From positions 32,001-96,000 of the IMG/VR virus record IMGVR_UViG_3300035698_017726: a DNA stretch of 64,000 nt; one strand, 5' to 3'. The translations under genes were made by a program, and so were the position numbers. The notes beneath the pieces are model-generated. The model saw only the letters and a list, made by a program, of their open reading frames with translations, was not told the DNA's origin and searched no databases. Of this stretch, positions 9,043 through 19,042 are shown piece after piece; the first letter of the stretch is position 1, and each line of letters opens with the position of its first letter. This DNA is from a virus.

Positions 9043-10839
9043 ATGTCTGTTGTTTCGAAAGAGTGGCACGGAGAGACCATCAGTAGATGGGTCACTCCTG
9101 GCTACGTATACGAAGATTACGACGAACAATGGGACTATGAGGACCCCGCACCAGAGATTGAGGACTGGGAAAGAGAGGCCGCATTAGAAGAAGTAGCGGA
9201 CAAAATCAACATGACGTGTTCTCAGTTCGTAGAGAACACCATCAAGGTGCCCAACGCAGACACGCGCACCATGGAGTACTTCTCCTACGCAGAGCGCGGC
9301 TATTTGAGGCGGGTCTACGACACCTCGTCGCGAAGAACTCTGCTCATGTGTGGCCGTCAGGTCGAGAAGAGTACGTCCCTAGGGAACAGAGCTCTAGCCG
9401 TCTCGTGCCTGATCCCTCACTTCAAGGTGCTGTATGTCTCTCCCTCCAGTACGCAGACCAAGGAGTTCTCGAAGACACGGCTAAAGGAGGTCTCTGAGAC
9501 GTCCCCGGACATCAAGGTGTGGTTCCCTTCCCACCTCACGGACAACGTCTTCGAAAAGAAGGCAATCAACAGAAGCCAGATTACTCTGCGCTACGCATTC
9601 CTCAATGCTGACCGTTGTCGAGGCCTGAGCTCCGACCTGATCTGTCTAGACGAGTTCCAGGACATCCTCCTGGACAACATTCCCGTTATCGAAGAGTCCG
9701 CCTCTCACTCTCCCTTCAAATGGTTTACCTATTCCGGTACTCCAAAGTCGCTGGACAACCCCATTGAGGTGTTCTGGCAGACTCGGTCCACGCAGAATGA
9801 GTGGGCAGTTCCTTGTGAGCGTCACGGCCACCCCAAGCAGCCCGGTACGTGGCACTGGAACATCCTCAGTGAGAAAAACATCGGTATTCAGGGCCTCATC
9901 TGCGATAAGTGCGGAAAGAGGATTTACCCCGACCACCCGATGTCTCAGTGGGTGCGTACAGCTACTCCTGACCCCAAGTTCGAAACCTTCGAAGGGTTCA
10001 GAATTCCTCAGCTTATGGTCCCCTGGATTGAGTGGACCAACATCCTCACGAAGTACAACGACTACTCCAGAGCTCGGTTCTTCAACGAGGTTCTGGGCCA
10101 GTCATTCGATTCCGGCCAGAGACCACTGACTCAGAAGGACGTCCAGGACAACTGCGACGTGAACTTCAAGATTTCGCCTGAATTCATCAAGGAGCTACAG
10201 GCGACCAGAATGTCCGGCAACAAGATCTATGCTGGCATCGACTGGGGACAGGACTCCAGCAATTCCTATACGGTCCTTTCTCTCGGCACCTACATTGAGG
10301 GACGGTTCACGATCTTCTTCATCCATAAGTTCATTGGCGCTGAGTCCGGGGCCAAAGAGCAGATGATCAAAATTAAGAAGATCATCAATGGCTTCGGAGT
10401 AGATAGAATCGGCGTTGACTACGGTGGAGGCTTCTGGCCAAACGATGAGCTCCTGCGCGCCTACGGCTCTAGTCGTGTCTTTAGGTACCAGTATTCGTCT
10501 CCGAAGCACCACCTGCAATGGGACACCAAGCTAGGCAGATACCTCGTCCATCGCTCAGAAGTAATGAGTGCGGTCTTCAACTCGATTAAGCGTCGTACCG
10601 TATTCAGGTTCCCCATGTGGACCGACTTCCAGCCCTTCGCCAAGGATATGTTGGCTATCTTCTCTGAGTACAATGAGCGCACCAGAATGACTGAGTATAA
10701 GAAGTCGCCGAACACCACGGATGACTCCTTCCACTCCATCCTGTTCTGCTTCCTTGCCTCGATGATTGACTATCCCCGTCCAGAGATCCTGGTCCCCAGT
10801 GTCCAGACAGACATGGAGATAAATAGACGACACAGCTAA
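9043..10839 (+). CDS. Terminase large subunit (lambda GpA-like)
   Basis: Walker A variant GRQVEKST, LYVSP, Walker B ICLDEFQD, SGTP coupling motif, Zn-ribbon CERH...CDKC, nuclease motifs GIDWG and DDSFHS. Confidence 0.9.
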   Translation: MSVVSKEWHGETISRWVTPGYVYEDYDEQWDYEDPAPEIEDWEREAALEEVADKINMTCSQFVENTIKVPNADTRTMEYFSYAERGYLRRVYDTSSRRTLLMCGRQVEKSTSLGNRALAVSCLIPHFKVLYVSPSSTQTKEFSKTRLKEVSETSPDIKVWFPSHLTDNVFEKKAINRSQITLRYAFLNADRCRGLSSDLICLDEFQDILLDNIPVIEESASHSPFKWFTYSGTPKSLDNPIEVFWQTRSTQNEWAVPCERHGHPKQPGTWHWNILSEKNIGIQGLICDKCGKRIYPDHPMSQWVRTATPDPKFETFEGFRIPQLMVPWIEWTNILTKYNDYSRARFFNEVLGQSFDSGQRPLTQKDVQDNCDVNFKISPEFIKELQATRMSGNKIYAGIDWGQDSSNSYTVLSLGTYIEGRFTIFFIHKFIGAESGAKEQMIKIKKIINGFGVDRIGVDYGGGFWPNDELLRAYGSSRVFRYQYSSPKHHLQWDTKLGRYLVHRSEVMSAVFNSIKRRTVFRFPMWTDFQPFAKDMLAIFSEYNERTRMTEYKKSPNTTDDSFHSILFCFLASMIDYPRPEILVPSVQTDMEINRRHS

Positions 10840-10847
10840 AAGGGGAT

Positions 10848-10884
10848 TCTCCGAGGACCGCCCAATGGCGGCGGTCCTCGGAGA
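10848..10884. terminator. 15-bp perfect inverted repeat between convergent genes
   Basis: TCTCCGAGGACCGCC-7 nt-GGCGGTCCTCGGAGA; no long U tract. Confidence 0.65.
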
Positions 10885-10899
10885 TGCTGTCTGGAAGTT

Positions 10900-11343
10900 C
10901 TAGGCCTCGGCAGCCACGACTTTCGGCTTGGCTGCCGAGGCCTTGGCGGCGGCGCTGTCCTTGGCGATGCCCTTGTTGATCGCTGCCTCGAGCACGGGCT
11001 CGAGCACGATTTCACGCTCGGCGGCGCTGTCCACGAACGCCTGCTGGGCAGCGGCGCCCTTGCTGGCCCAGCGCCGGTGGGCGCGGGCCTGCAGGTTCGT
11101 GCTGCGGACTGCATCCGCCTTCGGCGTCACCGCCAAGATGCGGAAGCCGATGCCGGTGATGGCGCCGATGGCGCCGCTGGTGATGACCGCCCAGAGGGGG
11201 ATCGTGCGCCCAGCGAGCCGGGCGATACCGAAGCTGGTGCCGATTGCGGCGCCGGCGCCAGTGGCGGGGGCGACGAGTTCAGCCGCCACGACTTGCATGG
11301 GTCGCAAGACCCAGAGAGCGAGGAGGGTACGGATGGTGAGCAT
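10900..11343 (-). CDS. Hypothetical membrane protein
   Basis: Two hydrophobic segments, GGGGAG RBS, very high GC3. Confidence 0.65.
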   Translation of the reverse strand: MLTIRTLLALWVLRPMQVVAAELVAPATGAGAAIGTSFGIARLAGRTIPLWAVITSGAIGAITGIGFRILAVTPKADAVRSTNLQARAHRRWASKGAAAQQAFVDSAAEREIVLEPVLEAAINKGIAKDSAAAKASAAKPKVVAAEA

Positions 11344-11493
11344 AGTAGACAGTCTCCCTAGGGGGTGAATGCATCTAGAGAAAGAGGTTCATCAACTCTG
11401 GATACATAGATCTTATGCAGGAAACTGCAGGTTTTTTATCCATTTATGGGGCTATTTGGACGCCCCTCAGAGAGGGGGTCCATGGCCAAAGGC

Positions 11494-12060
11494 CTAGTTG
11501 TGCATGGTCGGCCGAGGCGGCCGAAGTCTGCGACTCTTCGGCTTCGGCGCGGGCTCGTCGGCTTGTTCCACCTCGGCAGCGGCCGTCTCGATGGTAACCA
11601 CACGGCGGCTGATGCGCCCGATGGCCTCGCTGTTGCTCTCTGCGGCGTCCTCGATCCCTTGGACACGGACGGACAACTCCGAGATGGCTCCAATAGCGGT
11701 GGCTACGTCCGCCAACTCGCCGGTGAGGCGGGCCACATCCTTACCGAGAGCGGCGACCTTGGCCTTGGCCTTGGCCTTGTCCTTGCTCTGGACTTTGAGC
11801 TCCTCGGTCTGGCCGGTGAGCTGGTCCTTGAGTCCCTGGACCTGGACGGCGAGATCGGCACGGGCCTTCTCACTCGCAGCCAGCGCGGCGGTGGTGACGT
11901 TGGGCTTCGGCACGGGCTTGCGCGCGGGCTTGGCCTTCGGCTTCGTTGCCTCGACGGCAGCGTCAGAGGCTTGCTCGTGCAGCTCCTGCACGGCTGCCTC
12001 GTGGCCGTCTCCGATGGGCTCTGGCGTAGGGACGTCCTTCTTGCTTTCTGGGGTAGGCAC
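11494..12060 (-). CDS. Coiled-coil protein
   Basis: Heptad-rich A/K/E sequence, high GC3. Confidence 0.65.
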   Translation of the reverse strand: MPTPESKKDVPTPEPIGDGHEAAVQELHEQASDAAVEATKPKAKPARKPVPKPNVTTAALAASEKARADLAVQVQGLKDQLTGQTEELKVQSKDKAKAKAKVAALGKDVARLTGELADVATAIGAISELSVRVQGIEDAAESNSEAIGRISRRVVTIETAAAEVEQADEPAPKPKSRRLRPPRPTMHN

Positions 12061-12091
12061 AGATCACTCTCTCTGTTGGGGTTCACTATGC

Positions 12092-12799
12092 TTATGACCT
12101 CCTACGGAGAGCCTTTGTAACTGCGTCTTGGATAGAGCCAGGAACTTGGTCTATGGCTAGACGGGTTACTTCTGGGTCCAGAGAGGTGTAGCCCTCGGCG
12201 TAGATGACTGCGGAGACCCTGAGACGTCTACGCCCTTCGGCAAGTTGCTTATGTAGTGCTTGCAGTTCCAGAGACTGGGCGTACTCTTTCATGTCCACTA
12301 CGTGCAAGGTCATCTGCCTACATAGCAGCAGAAAAGGCTTCCATGGTTTCCTATCCTCAGTTGCCTTGGAGATTGTCCGGAAATCGTCTTCATCCATCCT
12401 GAAGAAGACCTCTACCCAAGGCTGAATCTCGTCTACGACCCAATCTCCTCTCCCTAGCTGCTGGATACATACTGTATGGAGCTGCTTGGCGTATTCTGGA
12501 GCCATACTCAAAGGATTGGACTTAGTGTCCAGTACCCGCAGAACAGTCTCCATTTGCGCCTCTAGCCGACGCATCCGCATCTTCATCTGGAGTACCTCTT
12601 TACGGGAGACTAGAGATTGCTTACCCAATTCCTCCTTCTCTCTCCGGAACTCTTCCAGTTCTGTGGCATCCAGCCACTTTCTGTTGTCGCCCTTACGTTT
12701 ACGGCCGTATAGGAGGCCCTGACTCAGGTAGCCACGGATAGTTCTGGTAGAAACCCCTAGTCTTTTGGCTGCATCTTCTATGGTAAGGTCGTTTTTCAA
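12092..12799 (-). CDS. Helix-turn-helix (MerR/excisionase-like) DNA-binding protein
   Basis: N-terminal LTIEDAAKRLGVSTRTIRGYLSQGLL followed by a coiled coil; AAGGAG RBS before TTG. Confidence 0.8.
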   Translation of the reverse strand: MKNDLTIEDAAKRLGVSTRTIRGYLSQGLLYGRKRKGDNRKWLDATELEEFRREKEELGKQSLVSRKEVLQMKMRMRRLEAQMETVLRVLDTKSNPLSMAPEYAKQLHTVCIQQLGRGDWVVDEIQPWVEVFFRMDEDDFRTISKATEDRKPWKPFLLLCRQMTLHVVDMKEYAQSLELQALHKQLAEGRRRLRVSAVIYAEGYTSLDPEVTRLAIDQVPGSIQDAVTKALRRRS

Positions 12800-12861
12800 G
12801 GTGATTCTCCTTTGATTCTAGTAAAAGCCTTGCTACCCTTCAGATAGGATAGAGGTAAGTA

Positions 12862-13740
12862 ATGAGCTGGAACAGGTCCATCACAGAGAGTGACCTCAGA
12901 AGCATGGCTTCCGAGGCTACCTCCCTACACCTAAACGATGGCATCCCACTCACTGATTCAGTGGTAAAGGTCGCCAGTGATAAGAACAATCTCACGTCTG
13001 AGCACCTGCGCAGAGTTTGTGAAATGACCTATCACGATACGTATGAGCGCATGTTCCGAGACGGAGAAGGCAGCGATAGATACGTGAGCTTCGACCCTCC
13101 TGATGCTGATGCGGTGATCCAGTCCGTAAATGGTGATGAAGCCAAAACAGCATCCGTTCCTTGGAGAGCTACCGGTATGACTCCTACTCCTTATGCAGAA
13201 AAGACCGCCTCAGTTGGTGTCCGCCGCTTTGTTCCAACTAACGCCTTCGACGCGTTGGTAAAGTCTGCTGAGGCTCCCGAGTCCAGCTGGGCTGACCCGA
13301 CTGGCGAATTACGTAGGCTTCGGAACCACATGAAGGAGGCCATGCTCGAGCTAGACTCGCGGGTAGGTAGAACTACCGCTGCGGTCAAGATTGCCGAGTA
13401 CGAGCTCTTCTCCCATGCGGACCAGGCCTGTAAGCAGGGCCATCCAGTGGACCGAGTTCTGTCTGTCTGCCTTGGTGGGCTAGAGAAGGAAGGTCACGCT
13501 ACCTCTCCCTCGGGCCAAGACGTACTTCACACTCTGGCAGAGAACCTACTCCAGAGCGGTTGGTCGCATGAAAAGACTGCTGCTGTTGAAGGAGAGGTGA
13601 ACACTTCTCACCCCATCGCGGTGACCAGTGTTAAACTGGCGGAGTTGAAGAGCCAGAGAGAGCACCTCGAGCTTTCTCTCGGTTTCATCCGTGAAGACTT
13701 CGACCGTGCCAACGAGGAACTCCTTGCCCTGCTCACATGA
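12862..13740 (+). CDS. Putative head morphogenesis protein with multiple KTAS motifs
   Basis: GAGG RBS; first gene of the head cluster. Confidence 0.7.
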   Translation: MSWNRSITESDLRSMASEATSLHLNDGIPLTDSVVKVASDKNNLTSEHLRRVCEMTYHDTYERMFRDGEGSDRYVSFDPPDADAVIQSVNGDEAKTASVPWRATGMTPTPYAEKTASVGVRRFVPTNAFDALVKSAEAPESSWADPTGELRRLRNHMKEAMLELDSRVGRTTAAVKIAEYELFSHADQACKQGHPVDRVLSVCLGGLEKEGHATSPSGQDVLHTLAENLLQSGWSHEKTAAVEGEVNTSHPIAVTSVKLAELKSQREHLELSLGFIREDFDRANEELLALLT

Positions 13741-13756
13741 GACAGAACGTGAGAGA

Positions 13757-13954
13757 ATGGCCCGTCTCAGGAAGGTGGCCAACGTCGCTAAACTGACTGA
13801 TGCGGTCGCTGGCGCGGCTAAAACTGTCGGCGGCGCCGTAATGAAGAATCCCCTTACTACTGGCGTCGCCCTAGCATTAGGGCCTGCGTCCATAGCTTCC
13901 GGGATCGGGCAGACTCTAGGCACCGCCAAGAGAAACTACAACGCTCTCAGGTAA
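13757..13954 (+). CDS. Small hydrophobic KxA-motif protein
   Basis: MARLRKVA followed by a Gly/Ala-rich hydrophobic helix. Confidence 0.55.
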   Translation: MARLRKVANVAKLTDAVAGAAKTVGGAVMKNPLTTGVALALGPASIASGIGQTLGTAKRNYNALR

Positions 13955-13960
13955 TGAACT

Positions 13961-14986
13961 ATGATTTCTGCTGATGTATACCAGGACCAAGCGAAAGGGA
14001 TTCTGACCGAGGACGATGTTAGTGAGGTGGAGCAGTTCTCCGCCATGCTCAAGTCTGCGGGAGTTCCTCCTCCGATCCCCACTCCAATCGAGGCCGCTCC
14101 TCCGGCGGCCTTCCACGGAGGCGAGGCCCAGCAGCAGGGGAACAACGCGCAGACAGCCATGATGACCGGACTGCTGCAAGGAGTTGGAGCGGCTGGAGCT
14201 GGCCTCATCGGTCATGGCGCCACTAAGGGTATTCGCGCTGCTGGAGAGAAGCTGACCAGGGGCCGGGACCTGAAGAAGGCCCTCGACGTCTATCCGCACC
14301 TCAACGACCAGTACTCTCCTGAAGATGTGAAGCTAGTCTGGAACTCTCTACGACATCTGAATCCTTGGCTGACCAAGGACCCTCTGACTGCTGGGACTCT
14401 TCTAGGACAAACTCTTCGCAATAGAGACGTTCAGAACCCATCTGCTGCTCCTCGTATGGACCTAGGTATCGCTAAGGAACTTGTCCGTACCGAGCCCGCT
14501 AGGCAGGACCCAATGTCCCAGGCCGTGGTCGGCGGACTCCAGACCGGAGTCTCCGAAGGTGTACGTACTTACGGCAACCTCCAAGCAGGGAAGGCTCAGG
14601 CACAGCAGCGCGTTGAAGACCATTTCAACCGTCAAAGCATCTCGGATAGGGACCTTGACCTTAGAGGTCAGCAGCAGATGGAGATGGAGGGCTTCAAGGA
14701 TCGGCTCGGAGCTTACGGAGATAGAGCCACCCAGGGACAGAAAGACCAGATGGCTATGGAGGCGGAGAAGTCGCGCCTCAAGCGCCAAGGTGTTGAGACA
14801 GGGCTCGACGATCCTATGTCCAGAAGCGATACGGACTCCGTTCTTCTCCAAGCAGCTCTACGGGGGGATGCTCCTCTTGTTGAGCCTACTGCCAATGCTG
14901 GGGGAGAGGTTACTGGACAGCGTCGAGCCTGGCCGCCCCCTCCAAGAGTTCAAATGCCTCCTCCAGGAGGCAGAGGAACTTCGTAA
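13961..14986 (+). CDS. Putative head-internal protein
   Basis: 341 aa, KSA motif, Gly-rich hydrophobic helix. Confidence 0.7.
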   Translation: MISADVYQDQAKGILTEDDVSEVEQFSAMLKSAGVPPPIPTPIEAAPPAAFHGGEAQQQGNNAQTAMMTGLLQGVGAAGAGLIGHGATKGIRAAGEKLTRGRDLKKALDVYPHLNDQYSPEDVKLVWNSLRHLNPWLTKDPLTAGTLLGQTLRNRDVQNPSAAPRMDLGIAKELVRTEPARQDPMSQAVVGGLQTGVSEGVRTYGNLQAGKAQAQQRVEDHFNRQSISDRDLDLRGQQQMEMEGFKDRLGAYGDRATQGQKDQMAMEAEKSRLKRQGVETGLDDPMSRSDTDSVLLQAALRGDAPLVEPTANAGGEVTGQRRAWPPPPRVQMPPPGGRGTS

Positions 14987-16867
14987 ATGGAAAAGTACTT
15001 CACCTGTCCAGGCTCGGTAGCCGGTGGGTTTCCACTCATCCATAGGATTGAGCCGGGAACCCGCTACGGGATGGGTGAAACTAATGGCCTGTGCAAGACC
15101 GCTTCCGAAGAGCATCTCCCTGAGGTGATGGAGCTGGTCGAGTCCATCAAAGCCAAGCCCGATAGGCTGTACCTTCTCAACAGTGCCCTCGGTGCAGGTG
15201 AGAAGGTTGGCTTCAACCTCCGGGGTGACTGGTTCACAGAAGAGGGACTGACCCACGAGCCTGAGGGCTGGAAAGAAACCCCTGTTTGGGATATCGACGG
15301 CCGTAGACAGCTGGCCAACTCTGCCGAGAAAACAGCTAGTGGGGGGAAGTTGGCCTGGGGATATCCCACTTTCTACAACGCACATAAGTTCCGCCATCAT
15401 GTAAACAAAGACCCAGACAGAGCTTACGGTTTTGTCCTAGGTGCCTTCTGGGACCCCAGAATGCGTCGGGTTATCTTGGTGTCCGAGCTCATCAAGGGAA
15501 TGTGTGACCGTCTTGGCGCTAGCGATCTATACAGTCGCATCGCTGACGGTGAGTTCCCGGATACATCCATGGGGGCCAAGGTACCCTGTGACCGCTGTGC
15601 GATTTGTGGCCACACCGCTAAGACCCCAGCTCAATACTGTAAGCATGTAAAGAAGAACGCCGAGCATCCTTATGGAATGGGAAACCTTCTGGACGATGGC
15701 CGTCGGTGTGGCGTCTACAACGACCATCCTCGCTTCTTTGACGATTCTTACGTGTTTATTGGAGCTGAGCGCTCGGCCAAGAACATGACGAACCTTACGG
15801 ACAAGGTGAAGGGAGAGAAGCCTTACAGCCGCAAGGTCTACAAGTACACCTCCTCCAAGAGCAAGAAGGCATCGGCCGAAGAAGAGCACGGTCTTCCCGA
15901 GACCAAGAGGCCTGACCTCAACCTCGAGACGAAACTCAATGAGGTCATCAAACAGCTCCCAGTTACTTCCCCCAGAGAGCGGGCCATCCTCAACTACCTA
16001 GTTGAGATGCGCCTAGCAGACAATGCAGTGGCTAAGGGAGTGATGAGTCAGGGAGAACGCACTCTCATGGAGCTCATCAGTAGCCGTAGAATCGAGCGGG
16101 AGCATGGAGCACCCAAGCAGTCGATGGAGCATCTAGAGAAGATCCTAGATACCAAATTCAACGCTATCTACGGTGACCACCATAAGCGGGCCTCGGCTAA
16201 ATGGGCCGAAATGATGAAAGAGATCCCCGCTCCGGCTATTGGGGTGGCCACTGACATAGAGTCCCTGGGTAAGCAGCTTCCTTCTCTGACAGAGGAACAG
16301 CTGGATTACATGTCTCAGAACCCTATCGGAACGCTAAAGGCCGCCGCTGCACTGGGAGTAGTGCTGCGTCCGGAAGAGTTCCAGCACGTTGTACTGAAGC
16401 AAGCCAACGCCGAACTTCTCCAAGGAATGGAAGATAAGGGCGAGGTCTTTGCACCCGAACGACTGGATCCCGACAAGGATTCAAGTTTTGACTACCGCGA
16501 CGGCATCACCAAACAGATGGTATCTGGTATGCAGGAGATGCTCGAAGACGTCACAACCAACGGCCTTCCATTCCTCCTAGAGCGGTCATTTTCCCCGCAG
16601 GCTTGCCGAATCCGCATGGTGAAGACCATAGATGTGGATGAGAAGCCAAAGTGTGCGGAGGTCAGGACCCCAGCTCTAGATAAGGTCGCTCATCTTTACA
16701 ACGAATATCGTTGTGGGTTAGTCGCAAACAAGCCAGATTGGAGGGCAATAGATGCGCCCCATTCCGGCGGCGACCTACTATATGAGGAGAAGCTGGCTGT
16801 GGCTGCTCACGAGACTTCAGATCTTCTTCTTTGCCTTGCCTATTGGCCGGCCATGCGCGTAGGATAA
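14987..16867 (+). CDS. Prohead maturation protease with Zn-ribbon insert
   Basis: HHVNKD..RAYG.V, SMGAKV..DRCAICG...YCKH and N..PRFFD.SYV..GA match the His/Ser motifs of large-phage prohead proteases; position upstream of scaffold and MCP. Confidence 0.75.
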   Translation: MEKYFTCPGSVAGGFPLIHRIEPGTRYGMGETNGLCKTASEEHLPEVMELVESIKAKPDRLYLLNSALGAGEKVGFNLRGDWFTEEGLTHEPEGWKETPVWDIDGRRQLANSAEKTASGGKLAWGYPTFYNAHKFRHHVNKDPDRAYGFVLGAFWDPRMRRVILVSELIKGMCDRLGASDLYSRIADGEFPDTSMGAKVPCDRCAICGHTAKTPAQYCKHVKKNAEHPYGMGNLLDDGRRCGVYNDHPRFFDDSYVFIGAERSAKNMTNLTDKVKGEKPYSRKVYKYTSSKSKKASAEEEHGLPETKRPDLNLETKLNEVIKQLPVTSPRERAILNYLVEMRLADNAVAKGVMSQGERTLMELISSRRIEREHGAPKQSMEHLEKILDTKFNAIYGDHHKRASAKWAEMMKEIPAPAIGVATDIESLGKQLPSLTEEQLDYMSQNPIGTLKAAAALGVVLRPEEFQHVVLKQANAELLQGMEDKGEVFAPERLDPDKDSSFDYRDGITKQMVSGMQEMLEDVTTNGLPFLLERSFSPQACRIRMVKTIDVDEKPKCAEVRTPALDKVAHLYNEYRCGLVANKPDWRAIDAPHSGGDLLYEEKLAVAAHETSDLLLCLAYWPAMRVG

Positions 16868-16949
16868 ACACTGACTCGCTGTGGCCGAGGGGCCTGCCTG
16901 TCCCTGTAGACGCCCTGACTACAAATCATCCATTCCCCGAGAGACCAAA

Positions 16950-17924
16950 ATGTCCCTGATGGAAACCCTAAGAGAGCAAGGCGTCACTGCTGAAGATCTC
17001 GAGAAGGCCGCCTCTGTGCGCCTGTTCGAGAAGGTAGCTGCGTCGGAAAGCGTAGACCTCAACTCCCTCAACGAAGCCCAAGTGAACGAGCTGTACGCTC
17101 ACTTCACAGAGAACGTCCTTCCCGGTATGGGCGGAGACGAAGCCCCAGCTGCCGCAGCCGAAGAGGCTCCCGCTGCTGATGCAAAGACCGCAGCGTATCA
17201 GACAGCTGCTACCACAGTTCTGTTCCTCAAGCAGGCTAGTGACGAAAAGATCGATGTCGCTAAGATGGACCAAAGCGAGCTGGACGGCCTCTACGCTCAC
17301 TTCACAGAGAACGTTCTCCCTGGCATGCTCCAGGAAGATGCGCCTACTGGCGAGAAGGATGCAGGAATGCGTCCCCCCACCGTCTACCTCTTCGAGAAGA
17401 TGGCAGCCGCCGAAAAGATCGATTTGGGAGCAATGTCCGATGACGACCTTGGTGGTCTCTACGGTCACTTCCTGAACGACGTTCTTCCTGGAATGCTTCC
17501 TTCTGAAGAAGCTGCTGCTCCAGAAGCTGCTGCTCCAGAGAGCAAGACTGCTTCTGCTGAAGACGTAGAAGAGGCCGCAGCCAAGCTGGCCGAAGCCGAT
17601 ATCCTTGGACGTCAGATGGCCGGTAGCTTCATGGCCGAGCTCAACAAGCAGGCCTCCGGCCTTCCTCCCTTCATGAAGAAGGATGAGGACAAGGATGAGG
17701 ACAAGGACGAGAAGGACAGCAAGGACAAGAAGGAAGACAAGGACGAGAAATGCGCGTCCTCTCCTCTCTTCGAGAAGCTGGCCGACGACCGCGCTGCTGA
17801 GATTCTTCAGGCCAATGGCGTAGACGCTGCAGCTGCTCCGGCAGATGAGCCCCAGTTCGACGACCTAGTCACTGCTCGAGCAGTAGAGAAGCTCAAGGGC
17901 CTCGGCTACCAGTTTGAGGAGTAG
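16950..17924 (+). CDS. Acidic scaffold-like head protein with three internal repeats
   Basis: Follows the protease; E/D/A-rich; repeat LF.K.A..E.ID...LY.HF...VLPGM occurs three times. Confidence 0.65.
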   Translation: MSLMETLREQGVTAEDLEKAASVRLFEKVAASESVDLNSLNEAQVNELYAHFTENVLPGMGGDEAPAAAAEEAPAADAKTAAYQTAATTVLFLKQASDEKIDVAKMDQSELDGLYAHFTENVLPGMLQEDAPTGEKDAGMRPPTVYLFEKMAAAEKIDLGAMSDDDLGGLYGHFLNDVLPGMLPSEEAAAPEAAAPESKTASAEDVEEAAAKLAEADILGRQMAGSFMAELNKQASGLPPFMKKDEDKDEDKDEKDSKDKKEDKDEKCASSPLFEKLADDRAAEILQANGVDAAAAPADEPQFDDLVTARAVEKLKGLGYQFEE

Positions 17925-18167
17925 GTGATGGTTAGGAGCAGCCCTCTTTGGTCTGCCTTCTTCGAGGAAACCTCGAAGCTGGCAGCTACGCCTGGAATGG
18001 CTGCTCCTGGCTCAGCCGTAGCTACGCCCAACGTAGCTACTACTGGTCAAGGTGGAACGAGCTTTATGGGTACTGGACGGACCGGTTCTGGACCTAACGC
18101 CCTGGCGCTTCCCTCCCCTTCTGTGACGACTATCTCTCCTACCCCTTTTCCACGATTCAGACCGTAA
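17925..18167 (+). CDS. Small protein with N-terminal AFFEETSKLA motif
   Basis: GAGGAG RBS; operon packing. Confidence 0.55.
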   Translation: MMVRSSPLWSAFFEETSKLAATPGMAAPGSAVATPNVATTGQGGTSFMGTGRTGSGPNALALPSPSVTTISPTPFPRFRP

Positions 18168-18178
18168 GGATCCCAATC

Positions 18179-19039
18179 ATGAGCCGGAATCAATCAATGA
18201 TCGACGAAGCTCTGGAGCACGCCAAGCAGAGACTAGGCGCCGCCGGCTCCAGGGACTCCGAAAAGACCGCTTCTTCTACCCCGGACTTCGTTAAAGAAGC
18301 CACAGAAGTAGCCAATGCTCTAGAGTTCGTAGCCCGTAGCACCGTCGACGACGGTACTCCGCAAGCTCCCCACAACCAGAGCATCCTAGACGACTTCTTC
18401 AAGGGCGCCGCAGGCAAGAAGGGGCCCGCAGCTGGGTCCACTGATGCCGGTGGCACTCAGCAGCAGCCTCCAGTAGCCGGTAAGACCAAGATGCCCATTG
18501 GCAACACCGGAGCTACCAATCCAGAGAACAGTGAGTCTCCCGAAGGCGTGATGGGCCGCGATAAGTTCAAGCAGGAGCCCCCTGCCGTCAAGAAGCCTCC
18601 CCTGGATGGCGGCGGTAAGCAGGCCGGTCTCTCCATGTTCGACATTCTGATGTCGCAGCAAACAGAGAAGGAAGCTGCTGGTGGCGGACCCAAGGAGTTC
18701 TCATCTACTGATGCGGCTCCAGGCATTCCAAGCAAGAACGAGAACTCCAATCGTGATGCTCTCCTAGGCAGCAATGAAGCTCCGGTCAGCGCAACCAAGC
18801 GCGAAGCCAAGAAGCCCACCCGTGCTCGCCTTGCCGAAGTCTTTGCGCACACCCACGACACCGTTGGTGACGCTACGGCCAAGGCTGTGTGGCCCAATGC
18901 CGCTCAGAAGGGCGACATGAAGATCGCCGGTGCCAAGGAAGGATCCCTCTACGAGTTCAGTGAGCTCTTCGACCTCGCCTCAAAGGGTGAGCTTGGTAAG
19001 GAAGCTCAGGTCTGGGCCGCGCAAGTAGAGAGTATGTAA
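18179..19039 (+). CDS. Putative head-internal protein
   Basis: Low-complexity sequence with several KxA motifs. Confidence 0.7.
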   Translation: MSRNQSMIDEALEHAKQRLGAAGSRDSEKTASSTPDFVKEATEVANALEFVARSTVDDGTPQAPHNQSILDDFFKGAAGKKGPAAGSTDAGGTQQQPPVAGKTKMPIGNTGATNPENSESPEGVMGRDKFKQEPPAVKKPPLDGGGKQAGLSMFDILMSQQTEKEAAGGGPKEFSSTDAAPGIPSKNENSNRDALLGSNEAPVSATKREAKKPTRARLAEVFAHTHDTVGDATAKAVWPNAAQKGDMKIAGAKEGSLYEFSELFDLASKGELGKEAQVWAAQVESM

Positions 19040-19042
19040 GAG

